64,000 nt of DNA from an uncultured Defluviitaleaceae bacterium (GCA_964468805.1 CAYXWM010000005.1:8520-72519), one strand, 5' to 3'. Counted from the first letter of the stretch, positions 39,341 through 48,676 are shown. The notes: generated by a model from the letters alone, not told the origin. Numbers and translations: made by a program.

Positions 39341-40251
39341 TGCCTCAACTCCTTGCCGGTAATGCCAATAAAGGCGTCGTCCATTGTACCTTGTAAAACT
39401 TGAAAACTACTGATATAGCGTTGACATCTTTCCAGTATGGGGATTGCGCACATGGTGTCGGTGAGCCGGACAACAAATTCTCCGGCTACGGAGGTAAAGT
39501 CCGCTGCCAGCTCCTGCATGACCTGTCGCAGAGAGGTTTCATCTGAAACAGCCATTCTTAGCATATCTGAAGCATATCGATTCTTGAGTTCAGTAGGAGT
39601 ACCTTTAGCCGCAATTTCTCCATGGTCGACAACAACCACATAATCCGATTCGGCGGCTTCTTCCATGTAGTGGGTTGTAAGGAAAATAGTCATGCCTGTT
39701 TTCATTTGAAGCTGTCTTATTGTGTTCCAGATACTTTTGCGAGTTTGAGGATCAAGTCCGGTGGTGGGTTCATCAAGGAACAATATTTTGGGCGTGTTAA
39801 TCAGTGCCCGGGCAATATCAGCCCTACGACGCTGACCTCCTGAGAGTTTACCGTAAGGCCGGTCAATAAATTCACCCAGTTCCGCTGCCGAGGCCGCCTC
39901 ATATACTGCTTTCCTAATCTCAGATTTATCCGATGTATACAATCCTGCCCTACCGGTAAGGTTTTCTCTGACTGTAAGTAATTCGTCCAGTACGCTGTCT
40001 TGAAACACAACTCCTATCATTTGCCGTATAGCTTGGCTGTTATGGCGAAGGTCAAGTCCGCTTATAGTAACATCGCCACCGCTTGGATTCATGAGTGTGC
40101 ATAGGATGTCGATGGTGGTTGATTTACCGGCTCCGTTGGGACCCAGAAAAGAAAACAGTTTTCCCTGCTCCACGTAAAAACTGATACCCTTAACGGCGGC
40201 AAAGTTGCCATAACTTTTTTTAAGATTCGTTACTTCTATGATTTTGTTCAT
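39337..40251 (-). CDS. ABC transporter ATP-binding protein
   Basis: Walker A GPNGAGKST, signature LSGGQRRR and Walker B LFLDEP are present. Confidence 0.9.
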   Translation of the reverse strand: MNKIIEVTNLKKSYGNFAAVKGISFYVEQGKLFSFLGPNGAGKSTTIDILCTLMNPSGGDVTISGLDLRHNSQAIRQMIGVVFQDSVLDELLTVRENLTGRAGLYTSDKSEIRKAVYEAASAAELGEFIDRPYGKLSGGQRRRADIARALINTPKILFLDEPTTGLDPQTRKSIWNTIRQLQMKTGMTIFLTTHYMEEAAESDYVVVVDHGEIAAKGTPTELKNRYASDMLRMAVSDETSLRQVMQELAADFTSVAGEFVVRLTDTMCAIPILERCQRYISSFQVLQGTMDDAFIGITGKELRQ

Positions 40252-40395
40252 ATCCTAACTCCCCTTCTGAAAGCAGTATATCTACAGATGCGGCTAAACA
40301 CAATAGGGGTAAGAGTATGCTGCAGTATCCGGCTGCTAAGTTGCAAAAAAAGGACGGTAATCTGTAAACAGCAAACCATCCCGAGGTTATATTAA

Positions 40396-40827
40396 TTAAG
40401 AATGATAACGCTTTTTCAAACTGTCATTTAGTTTGTCAGCAAGTTTTTTGTCTTGAAAAGTGTTAAGGGCGATTACGGCAACGTAAACACCTATTACAAG
40501 TAAAATAAATATCGCACACTCTTTTGGATTCCCCATATTAACCCAATCCCAACGCCAAGCTAAAAACATAAGGACACCCAATAAGACCGGAAGATGAATC
40601 GCCTGACGAATCAACATCTGTTTTTTGCTAAGTTCATTACGTGAATAGAAAATAAAAAAAGGTAAACTGCCGGCAACCGCCATTATCAGTACCCTGCCGA
40701 TGTCATTAAGCGTAAAATAGGCAGTGGGGTTAAATACCAGGCAGAATACATATATTGATGCAACAACTCCTGTTGTAATCACAAAAAAGGAACGAAATAT
40801 ATTTTTCAACAGTTCGTCTATTCGCAT
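40396..40827 (-). CDS. DUF3021-like small membrane protein (4 TM)
   Basis: It is 143 aa with four hydrophobic helices, immediately downstream of a LytTR gene. The family assignment is from memory of this conserved pairing. Confidence 0.5.
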   Translation of the reverse strand: MRIDELLKNIFRSFFVITTGVVASIYVFCLVFNPTAYFTLNDIGRVLIMAVAGSLPFFIFYSRNELSKKQMLIRQAIHLPVLLGVLMFLAWRWDWVNMGNPKECAIFILLVIGVYVAVIALNTFQDKKLADKLNDSLKKRYHS

Positions 40828-40838
40828 TCATCTGCCTC

Positions 40839-41282
40839 CTATATACCCAATCTTTTTTTCAAATCTTTGACGTATTGTCTTGAAATAATAACCTTCTCAC
40901 CATTATCGAGCGTGGCTTCAAATCGTCCGCTTAATGCAGGGCTGAGTGATTTGATTTTACTCAGGTTTATTATTACGGATTTTGATATTCTTAAAAAATC
41001 GCTATATTCAAAACTTTCTTCCAGTTCATACAGTTTTTGCTTCGATTCGTACACTTTATCCTTGCAATATAAGAATGTTTTATTGTCAACAGCCTCTATA
41101 TAATAGATACTTGTTGGAGGCAGACGGTGAATTTCATTACCATCATAGGCAACAAGCATATCCTTGGCTTTTAGCATGGCAAGCATACGGAGTAGTTCAG
41201 GTGTCATCCGGCGGCACTTGACAATTATTTGATCTTCTTCACCATGCTGTAATTCTTCAATGATAATTCTCAGTAAATTCAC
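40839..41282 (-). CDS. LytTR-family DNA-binding protein (no receiver domain)
   Basis: The C-terminal LytTR-like segment FLRISKSVIINLSKIKSL...ISRQYVKDLKKRLG is present. The start is GTG. Confidence 0.7.
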   Translation of the reverse strand: MNLLRIIIEELQHGEEDQIIVKCRRMTPELLRMLAMLKAKDMLVAYDGNEIHRLPPTSIYYIEAVDNKTFLYCKDKVYESKQKLYELEESFEYSDFLRISKSVIINLSKIKSLSPALSGRFEATLDNGEKVIISRQYVKDLKKRLGI

Positions 41283-41668
41283 CCCCGGCGATTACCTAAA
41301 GTTAACGGATATACAGAAATCTTGTTAGACATCGTTTTAGTAAACCATAAAACACTTTATCTTGAGAATACCTCAAGCCTATCATAAGGCGAGGTTATTT
41401 TTTACCAATATACCATGACTACAAATAAAATTCAAACGAATTCAAAGAAGTAATATATATTTACAGGCTATCTCAAAAAAAGGACAGTATGCTATTTATC
41501 TTAAAAAAGCAGACTATCCATGAAATTGTTAATTAAATTTTATAATGTTTCACCAAGTTTTATATACATCTAAATCGCAATAAGAATATACTCGGATAAA
41601 TGCAGACACTTGAACAGGCTCATCAACATTAAAGATTCCAGCCATTTATACAATTTCCGACGTTATCA

Positions 41669-41714
41669 ATAAAAATACCGACTGACCCCGTTTAAAAAAC
41701 GGAGTCGGTCGGCG
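41669..41714 (-). terminator. Intrinsic terminator after the cooS-cooF-oxidoreductase operon
   Basis: On the minus strand CCGACCGACTCCGTTT-TTT-AAACGGGGTCAGTCGG is followed by TATTTTTATT. Confidence 0.75.
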
Positions 41715-41817
41715 TAAGATTGGGTTATTCTGCGATTTTTTTCATTCTTATTTCTGCCGGGGCAGAACAATCAACAATGTCATCTTGCGTTTCTTTATGA
41801 ATTGTGATCAATTTGGT

Positions 41818-43044
41818 CTATTTGACAAACCATTTGTATTCTCCGCTGTTTTGATCATAATCATAGAAGTCGGCGAAAGATAATTCAAACAGTTTTTCTC
41901 TGAATGGTGCAACAGAAATTTTATTTTTTATAAGATGCTGCCAAATACCGCTGTAGTCGATGCTGCCTTGCATAATAAAGGCTTTTACCAAGTTGTCTTT
42001 CAAGAAGATTTTTTGGTATGTTTTAGCATCTTGACGTACCAAAACTTCGTCGTGTTCGTCGTTCATGTTTCCAACCGACAGGGACAGCAAGCCGTAGAAA
42101 TTGGAGGTATTTTTAAGAGCAAAAGTATCGTCGTAAACCTCATCGGCCCCGCACATATTTTTAGCTGCTATTTCGCCCTGTTTTACAGCACTTGACCATA
42201 TTCCGGACAGACCGGTAACATCACCGGCGGCGTAAACATTGGGTTGAGAAGTGCGAAGTTGTTGGTCTACCTTTACAGCACGGTCTGTTTCGATACCGCT
42301 GTTTTCAAGGAAGCCAATATTGGGGCGTACACCTGCCGCCACTACAGCAAAGTCACAGGGTACAGTTTCTCCGGATTCCAAACGAATGGCAGAAACGTTA
42401 TTGTCACCATCCGGAACAGCAGCGGAAACCTTTGCACTCAATATAAATTTGCATCCGTGAGCTTCGAAACGGTCTTGGTATGCCTTTGCCGCGGTTTCGT
42501 CCAATTGCAAGGCAATAATGCGGTTGGCCATTTCTATAACGGTTACGTCCAAGCCCAGCTCCAAAAGAGCCACGGCTACGTCCATACCTACCAAGCCTGC
42601 ACCGATAACAACGGCGCGTTTTTTATTTTTAGCAACCTCAGCAATAGCATCGGCATCTTTAAAATCTCTGAAACCAAAGATATTATTACAAGTCCTCAAG
42701 TTTTCTATAGGAGGAATAACATATTGGGCACCGGTAGCAATTAGGAGTTTGTCATAGGAAATACTTTCTCCGGAATCCAATTGAACGCTGTTGTTTTGAG
42801 AATCTACCTTACTGACGGTTTTACCTTTAAGCCAATTTACGTTCAAATCCTTGTCGAAGGTTTCGGTGGTAAAGTTAATACCTTGTAAGCTACGTTCGCC
42901 GCTCAAAAATTTATGAAGCATACAACGCGAGTATACGTGGTCGTCGGTAGAAATCAAGGTAATGTTTGCATCGGGGTTTTGTTTTCTCAAAACATTAATT
43001 GCGGCTATACCGGCTGCACTTGCACCAATGACACAGTAATTCAT
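41818..43044 (-). CDS. FAD/NAD(P)-dependent pyridine-nucleotide-disulfide-family oxidoreductase (CODH-associated)
   Basis: Two dinucleotide folds are present (VIGASAAGIAA and VVIGAGLVGMDVA). The ATG overlaps the cooF stop (TAATG). The longer track start at 43122 is rejected. Confidence 0.8.
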   Translation of the reverse strand: MNYCVIGASAAGIAAINVLRKQNPDANITLISTDDHVYSRCMLHKFLSGERSLQGINFTTETFDKDLNVNWLKGKTVSKVDSQNNSVQLDSGESISYDKLLIATGAQYVIPPIENLRTCNNIFGFRDFKDADAIAEVAKNKKRAVVIGAGLVGMDVAVALLELGLDVTVIEMANRIIALQLDETAAKAYQDRFEAHGCKFILSAKVSAAVPDGDNNVSAIRLESGETVPCDFAVVAAGVRPNIGFLENSGIETDRAVKVDQQLRTSQPNVYAAGDVTGLSGIWSSAVKQGEIAAKNMCGADEVYDDTFALKNTSNFYGLLSLSVGNMNDEHDEVLVRQDAKTYQKIFLKDNLVKAFIMQGSIDYSGIWQHLIKNKISVAPFREKLFELSFADFYDYDQNSGEYKWFVK

Positions 43045-43502
43045 TATTCCACCTCCTTTACAGTTATGGCTTTTTTCGGACAGGAAGCAACGCAAGAGGG
43101 GCCGTTTTCTTCTTCCGCACAAAAATCACATTTTATAACTTTTGAACCGGTAAGACGGTCGGGTTTCAATACACCGTAAGGACAGTTCATTACACACATA
43201 AAGCAAGAGCCGCAAACCTCGGGGTCATATAGTACCATACCGGAATAGTCGTATTTTTTCAAAGCACCGCTCATACAGGATTTAACACATTCCGGCTCAT
43301 CACAATGTCGACAAAATATAGGGAAGTAACCTTTATCGGGAAGCTGTACTATATGATTGCGACTTTCAGCGGAAGGATCGCAAAGGTCGAGAAGGTGGAT
43401 GTTTTTACCGGGTGAATGAGCAGTCATACATGCAAGGGTACAGTTCAGGCAACCGTCGCATTTTTCTCTATCTATCATTATTCGCTTCACTGCAATAACC
43501 AC
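43044..43502 (-). CDS. cooF: CooF-like 4Fe-4S ferredoxin
   Basis: Four Cys clusters are present (CDGCLNCTLAC, CRHCDEPEC, CGSCFMCVMNC, CDFC...C). The start is uncertain: GTG 43502, GTG 43490 or ATG 43478. Confidence 0.8.
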   Translation of the reverse strand: MVIAVKRIMIDREKCDGCLNCTLACMTAHSPGKNIHLLDLCDPSAESRNHIVQLPDKGYFPIFCRHCDEPECVKSCMSGALKKYDYSGMVLYDPEVCGSCFMCVMNCPYGVLKPDRLTGSKVIKCDFCAEEENGPSCVASCPKKAITVKEVE

Positions 43503-43508
43503 CCTTCA

Positions 43509-45383
43509 TCAGATATTAAGACCGGCACGTTTTTCGTTAATAATACCTTCTAAGATTTCCGCAGATTTTTTAACGTCGGTTTCAACGATAAGCTGTCCGC
43601 CGGTTAACTCTTTCATTTTGTTGGTAACAACATCAAGAGTTACGGGGCTACCTGTAACGAAGGGCGGTAATCCCAAGTGTACCGGCAAACCGAGAGCAAG
43701 ACCAAAGCAACCGTCTGCAAGAGCTTGTTCTTCCAACCATTGAGGAGCGGAAAGAACCAGAGGTAATTGAGGAATATCAACGCCCAATGTTTCGGCGATT
43801 TCGCCGGCTACGATTTCAAGACGACCGATAGCAAGGCAGGGGCCGAAGTTAAGCACCGGCGGGATTCCTAATTTTTTGCAGATTGCTTTCAATTTGGGAC
43901 CTGCAAGTTCGGCAGCTTCCGGAGACATTAATCCGCAGTTTTCCAAACCGCCCGAAGAACAGCCGGCAGAAAGTACGATTATGTCGCGTGCAATCAATTC
44001 TTTTGTCAATTCAACAGTAAACACGTCATGACCGAGAGCAGTTAAGTTAGAGCAGCCTACAACGCCTGCAACACCTTTGATTTCGCCGGATACTATCAAG
44101 TCAATAAGGGGTTTCCAGCTTCCGCCCAGGAATTCTTTAAGTGAACCTTCGCTTACGCCGGTAATGGTGGTGCTGTTACCGTGTTCGGGAAGAAGATTTA
44201 ATTCAACTTTGGGACGGCGGTTTTTGTATGCATCAACTATGCGATTAATAATTTTATCGCTGATAGTTTCTTTGTTTTCGTAATCAAAGGGAATATATTC
44301 TGCATTTGCTTTTTTGGCAACATCGTCAAGACAGATTTGTTGAATCATGAGACGTTCGCAAATAGGTTCGATACCGGGCAGAGTGCAGTTAAATTCGGAA
44401 AGAACCGCATCAATTGCACCTGTGGAAAGAACAGCTTCGCTGGTGTAGTTATTGCCGGCATGACCGTCGAAAATTTCGGTGTAATGATCACCACGTAATT
44501 GAAGGTCTTGACCTACGCAAGTACAACCTACCAGTTTAAAGCCTTTTGCACCTACTGCTTGTGCTTTTGCGACAACGTCCGGTTGGGTAAGGCGGTTTTG
44601 CAAATCAACGAAGATAGAGTGTTGGTGACCTGTAATCATAATGTTGATATAATCGGGGTTGATAACTCTCAAACCTACAGGTGCCATACGGATTTCCGGT
44701 TGGCCCAACATAACGTCGTTAAGGAGATTTGTTAAAGTCAATCCGTAAATTCCGGTAGAAATACCCAGTTTTAAGCAGTCTAACAACATACTTACAGGGT
44801 CGGAACTTAAGTTTGTGGAAGTTTTTACAACTCCCGAAACTATTTCGGATTTGGCTCCTCCGGGTAGTATGCCCAGCTCTGCCCAGCGTTTATACCTTGG
44901 GCCGTAAGCTACCTTTTCGGTTAATTCCATTTTGTCGTATTCGCTTTTGTATAAGTCGTCAAGTACTGCTTGAGCTACCGCAGCAGCACGTTCATGCATA
45001 TCGTCTTTATGTATTCCAAACATATCTGCAAGTTTGTTTAAAGCTTTTTCGCTCTTGATTTCATGCTTGGCCAAAGCAGCTGCTTTTAAGTTGCGAGCTG
45101 TAGTTTCAACAACGTGGATGTAGCATCCGGAACCGGCGGCTACGGAACGAAGGAAGTTACGAGTTACGATAGTATCAGCGTTGGCACCGCAAACGCCGTT
45201 TTGTCCGTCGGGAGTAATACGGCAAGGACCGTTGGAACATAAGCGGCAGCAAACACCTTTTAATCCGAAACCGCATTTTGTGGATTGTTTAGCTACACGA
45301 TGATGAGCTACTTCATGATCAAATGTACAAATAAAATCGTTTAAAGCTTTATCCGCATTTGCACATACTTTGCATTGAGACAT
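43509..45383 (-). CDS. cooS: Anaerobic Ni-Fe carbon monoxide dehydrogenase catalytic subunit
   Basis: The N-terminal Cys motifs CGFGLKGVCCRLCSNGPC and a CooS-length protein fit. AGGAGG lies 7 nt upstream of ATG 45383. Confidence 0.9.
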   Translation of the reverse strand: MSQCKVCANADKALNDFICTFDHEVAHHRVAKQSTKCGFGLKGVCCRLCSNGPCRITPDGQNGVCGANADTIVTRNFLRSVAAGSGCYIHVVETTARNLKAAALAKHEIKSEKALNKLADMFGIHKDDMHERAAAVAQAVLDDLYKSEYDKMELTEKVAYGPRYKRWAELGILPGGAKSEIVSGVVKTSTNLSSDPVSMLLDCLKLGISTGIYGLTLTNLLNDVMLGQPEIRMAPVGLRVINPDYINIMITGHQHSIFVDLQNRLTQPDVVAKAQAVGAKGFKLVGCTCVGQDLQLRGDHYTEIFDGHAGNNYTSEAVLSTGAIDAVLSEFNCTLPGIEPICERLMIQQICLDDVAKKANAEYIPFDYENKETISDKIINRIVDAYKNRRPKVELNLLPEHGNSTTITGVSEGSLKEFLGGSWKPLIDLIVSGEIKGVAGVVGCSNLTALGHDVFTVELTKELIARDIIVLSAGCSSGGLENCGLMSPEAAELAGPKLKAICKKLGIPPVLNFGPCLAIGRLEIVAGEIAETLGVDIPQLPLVLSAPQWLEEQALADGCFGLALGLPVHLGLPPFVTGSPVTLDVVTNKMKELTGGQLIVETDVKKSAEILEGIINEKRAGLNI

Positions 45384-45956
45384 ATACATTCCTCCTATAT
45401 AGAAAAGATTGTTAAAGATTCCAAAATGTCAGTAATGTTTGTTTTTTAATTAACGGAATCTGTCAAATCATACCAATCCTCTAGTGCTTATATATTTGCA
45501 TAGTCGTGAATGAGCAGAAACCGCTGTTAGCGAACTTACAAGAAATAGGCAAATATTTTACATAGTTAAGGACAGGTATCAGTACTCCGAAATTCAGAGT
45601 TTTAATCTTAAAAATATTGTAGCACAGTCTTTGAAAAATTTCAAGTGGCAAAAGATAATAATTACTTATTGATAACAAATCTCATATATTATGTATTTTA
45701 TATAATTTGTAGTTATATGTCAACATTTATTTATATTTTTTTAAAACTGTAGTTTTTTGAATCTTTAAATATCGAATAATTTAATACGATTGTAATTTAC
45801 ATATGTCCATAAATATAATACAATATTAAGATACAAAGGTTCATCCTCTGATTGTAAAAATACGGTAAATTCTACGGTTTGCTTTGATTTTTTTATCGTT
45901 AGTTTTGCGGATGCTATTAAAAAACATGATATTTTCGATTTTTTTACGATATTTGC

Positions 45957-45985
45957 TTGACAAATACCCAATAAAAGATTATAAA
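45957..45985 (+). promoter_or_regulatory. Sigma-A-type promoter upstream of hup
   Basis: The elements are TTGACA, a 17-nt spacer, and TATAAA. Confidence 0.5.
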
Positions 45986-46126
45986 TATACTTGAAATGCT
46001 AATCCGCAAAAATTAGTTTTTATGCCGTATATATCTAATTCATTGACTTTATTATATATACTTGTGCTCGAAAATGAATTAGTATTTTTTTTAAAAATAT
46101 AATTGTATTTTCTAGGAGGAATTAAA

Positions 46127-46405
46127 ATGAACAAAAGTGAACTTATAGCTGCTTTGGCGGCAAAGAGTGAACTTAGCAAAAAGGATTCTGAAAAAGCTTT
46201 GAAAGCTTTTGAAGAAGTTGTTACCGAAGAATTGGCAAAAGGCGGAAAAGTTCAAATCGTTGGCTTCGGTATTTTTGATGTAACTGACAGAGCTGCCAGA
46301 GAAGGTCGCAATCCTCATACCGGCGAACCTATGCCCATACCGGCATCCAAAGCTCCTCGCTTCAAAGTAGGTAAAGCTCTGAGAGACGCTGTTAACGGCA
46401 GATAA
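46127..46405 (+). CDS. hup: HU-family DNA-binding protein
   Basis: MNKSELI...GFGIFDVTDRAAREGRNPHTGEPMPIPA is present. AGGAGG lies upstream of ATG 46127. Confidence 0.95.
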   Translation: MNKSELIAALAAKSELSKKDSEKALKAFEEVVTEELAKGGKVQIVGFGIFDVTDRAAREGRNPHTGEPMPIPASKAPRFKVGKALRDAVNGR

Positions 46406-46650
46406 CAACAATATAGCTTTTCCTTGTTTCGTTTTTTCCGAAAGGAAACTTTACAAACTTAAAAGAAACAGCCTATCCCAATTAAATACTTCTTCCGCAT
46501 ACGGAAACAAGAATTTAAGGGATAGGCTTTTAATAATTGTACATATATAAATATACGCGAATGTAGCGAAAGGTTTAATCCTTTCTTACTATATAAATAA
46601 CGATTAATACACAGAATTATTACGGTACCGGATACGATTTCGGAGGAAAT

Positions 46651-46890
46651 ATGAGATTAGACAAATTTTTGAAAGTTTCACGCTTAATAAAACGTCGTAC
46701 AATAGCAAACGAGGCCTGCGACGCCGGCAGAGTAACAGTAAATGATAAAGTCGCCAAGGCAGGGCTCCTTGTAAAAGAAGGCGACGTTATCGAAATAAAA
46801 TTCGGCTCAAACATTACAAAAGTGCAGATACTTTCCGTTAAGGAACAAGTTAAAAAGCAAGAAGCGGCTGAAATGTATAAAAGTTTATAG
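46651..46890 (+). CDS. S4-domain RNA-binding protein (YabO/Hsp15-like)
   Basis: The S4 motif MRLDKFLKVSRLIKRRTIANEACDAGRVTVN is present. GGAGG lies upstream. Confidence 0.75.
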   Translation: MRLDKFLKVSRLIKRRTIANEACDAGRVTVNDKVAKAGLLVKEGDVIEIKFGSNITKVQILSVKEQVKKQEAAEMYKSL

Positions 46891-46922
46891 GAATAAAAAA
46901 ACAACCCGACGAATCGGATTGA

Positions 46923-47456
46923 TTATGCTTTGCATCTTTTTATCAATATTCCCAAGACAGCCGCAGCTACAACGGGTATTATGGGGGATATATTGAAAAT
47001 AATCAACAGAACCAAGGTTGTTAAAAAAATAACCATGCACTTAACGTCAACAATTGCAGATTTCCATAGTTTTATTGTAGCGTTAATAATAAGCACAGCT
47101 ACAGCAATGCGAACTCCGTTAAAGGCGTATTTGACCGCTTCGAATTGCATAAAGCTGTTAAAAAACATAGCCACAAAAATAATAATTACTATAGAGGGAA
47201 AAATTATACCCAACGCCGCAAATATCAGACCGCTCCTACCCCTTATCTTATTTCCTATAAACATGGCAGTATTAACGGCTATTATTCCCGGTATACATTG
47301 ACTGAGAGCAAAAAAGTCCATGACTTCTTGCTCAGTAATCCAATTGCGTTTTTCTACCAAGTCCTTTTGAATTAGAGGTAGCATACTGTAACCGCCACCG
47401 AAAGTTAGAACTCCTATTTTGGTAAATGCCAGAAAAATGACAAACAACTCTCTCAA
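46923..47456 (-). CDS. Chromate-transporter (ChrA) family short-chain protein
   Basis: FTKIGVLTFGGGYSMLPLIQ is typical of CHR family proteins. The TTG start is preceded by GAGGAG. Only one half-size gene is present. Confidence 0.75.
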   Translation of the reverse strand: MRELFVIFLAFTKIGVLTFGGGYSMLPLIQKDLVEKRNWITEQEVMDFFALSQCIPGIIAVNTAMFIGNKIRGRSGLIFAALGIIFPSIVIIIFVAMFFNSFMQFEAVKYAFNGVRIAVAVLIINATIKLWKSAIVDVKCMVIFLTTLVLLIIFNISPIIPVVAAAVLGILIKRCKA

Positions 47457-47681
47457 AATTACTCCTCGACTCCTTTTCCGGCCACACCGAAAATCAATTG
47501 TAAATTCCTTATTAATTATGAAATAGTTTTATCACTTGATTATAAAAATGTCAATAAAAACTTTAACAATGTTCTGCAAATGCAGAATTTATTTTATTTA
47601 AGGAAAAAATATCTATTATAATTTCGAATATTTCCAAGAGACTTAATAAAACAAATTTATATATAAGAAATGAAGGTTATT

Positions 47682-48476
47682 ATGAAAATTGTAGACTTTC
47701 ACGCACATATTTTTCCGCAAAAAGTTGAACCTCAGGCAGTTGACTTTTTAAGCAATTATTATAGTATGCCCATAACACACAGTGCAGTTTTTGATAAGCT
47801 TATGGAAAGTGCAGCGGAAATTAACGTAGATAAGATAGTAATACATTCCACTGCAACAAAGCCTTCGCAAGTTGAAAGTATTAATAACTTTATTGCAAGT
47901 AAATTGGGCGACAGCAGAGTTGTGGGTTTCGGCACCTTACATCCTGATTATCCTGACATTGAAAATGAAATTGACAGAATAAAAAGCCTGGGTCTTAGGG
48001 GCATAAAATTTCACTCCGATTTTCAGGACTTTGATATAGACAGCAAGCGGATGCACAGAATTTACTCTTATGTGGACAAGTCTCTTCCTATATTAATGCA
48101 TTTGGGCGACGAGGTAAGGGACAGTTCATCTCCCATACGTCTTGCCAACGTAATGGACGAATTTCCCAATATCACTTTTATCGGAGCACATCTTGGGGGT
48201 TATCTCCGCTGGCATGAAGCGGAAAAGTGTTTGTTTGGCAGAGATGTTTATTTGGATACCTCCAGTGCCGTTCGTTGTATGGACAAAAAATTGGCGGAAC
48301 ATATAATAAAAAGTCACGGTGTAGATAGGATATTGTTCGGAACGGACTACCCCTTGGCAGGTCACAAAGAAGAACTGGAGCTGTTCCTCAGTCTTGATTT
48401 AACACCGGAGGAACAAGAAAAAATACTTTGGAAAAATGCCTATAAATTATTGTTTCCGGAACAATTAGTTGATTAA
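47682..48476 (+). CDS. Metal-dependent amidohydrolase-superfamily (TIM-barrel) hydrolase
   Basis: The N-terminal VDFHAHIF metal-binding motif, later HLGG and FGTDYP are present. Confidence 0.7.
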   Translation: MKIVDFHAHIFPQKVEPQAVDFLSNYYSMPITHSAVFDKLMESAAEINVDKIVIHSTATKPSQVESINNFIASKLGDSRVVGFGTLHPDYPDIENEIDRIKSLGLRGIKFHSDFQDFDIDSKRMHRIYSYVDKSLPILMHLGDEVRDSSSPIRLANVMDEFPNITFIGAHLGGYLRWHEAEKCLFGRDVYLDTSSAVRCMDKKLAEHIIKSHGVDRILFGTDYPLAGHKEELELFLSLDLTPEEQEKILWKNAYKLLFPEQLVD

Positions 48477-48500
48477 GAAATTCATTATAAGATAATTGCA

Positions 48501-48546
48501 AAAGACCGGGGTAGCTATTCAAGAAAAGTTACCCTCGGTCTTTTTG
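48501..48546 (+). terminator. Intrinsic terminator after the amidohydrolase gene
   Basis: AAAGACCGGGGTA...TACCCTCGGTCTTT is followed by TTT. Confidence 0.75.
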
Positions 48547-48558
48547 ATTAAGAAGAGT

Positions 48559-48664
48559 TATACTGATTCCTTTTTAAACAGAGGACAAAAATAATTGAAT
48601 TTTTTCCAACGGTTCAAGGAAAAAACAATTATTATTGTCCTTCAACTTAAAAGGAATTAGTATA
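48559..48664. repeat. R1 family, full copy (106 bp, best-preserved palindrome)
   Basis: The sequence is TATACTGATTCCTTTTTAAACAGAGGACAAAAATAATTG...CAATTATTATTGTCCTTCAACTTAAAAGGAATTAGTATA. It lies between convergent amidohydrolase and thiI genes. Confidence 0.85.
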
Positions 48665-48676
48665 TATCTTTTTAAA

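Noticed and set aside
42244-42744. A 166-aa ORF on the plus strand. Similar long antisense ORFs occur at 20566-21012, 35924-36409, 10242-10673, 1520-1882 and 5276-5635.
   Set aside because: These lie entirely inside, and antisense to, well-supported genes (oxidoreductase, hydF, GGDEF/EAL, FGGY kinase, pyrD, MCP). Their translations are low-complexity or Cys/Phe/Ser-rich with no RBS. They are classic shadow ORFs.
45481-46179. Small ORFs (65-68 aa) in the AT-rich region between cooS and hup.
   Set aside because: They show extreme Ile/Lys/Asn/Phe/Tyr bias typical of random AT-rich sequence. They have no RBS, and they overlap the predicted hup promoter.
46923-47456. A single half-size ChrA gene as a possible pseudogene or remnant of a pair.
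   Set aside because: The ORF is intact, with a good RBS (GAGGAG) and a TTG start. The missing partner half may simply be elsewhere, and there is no frameshifted remnant in the flanking 200 nt.
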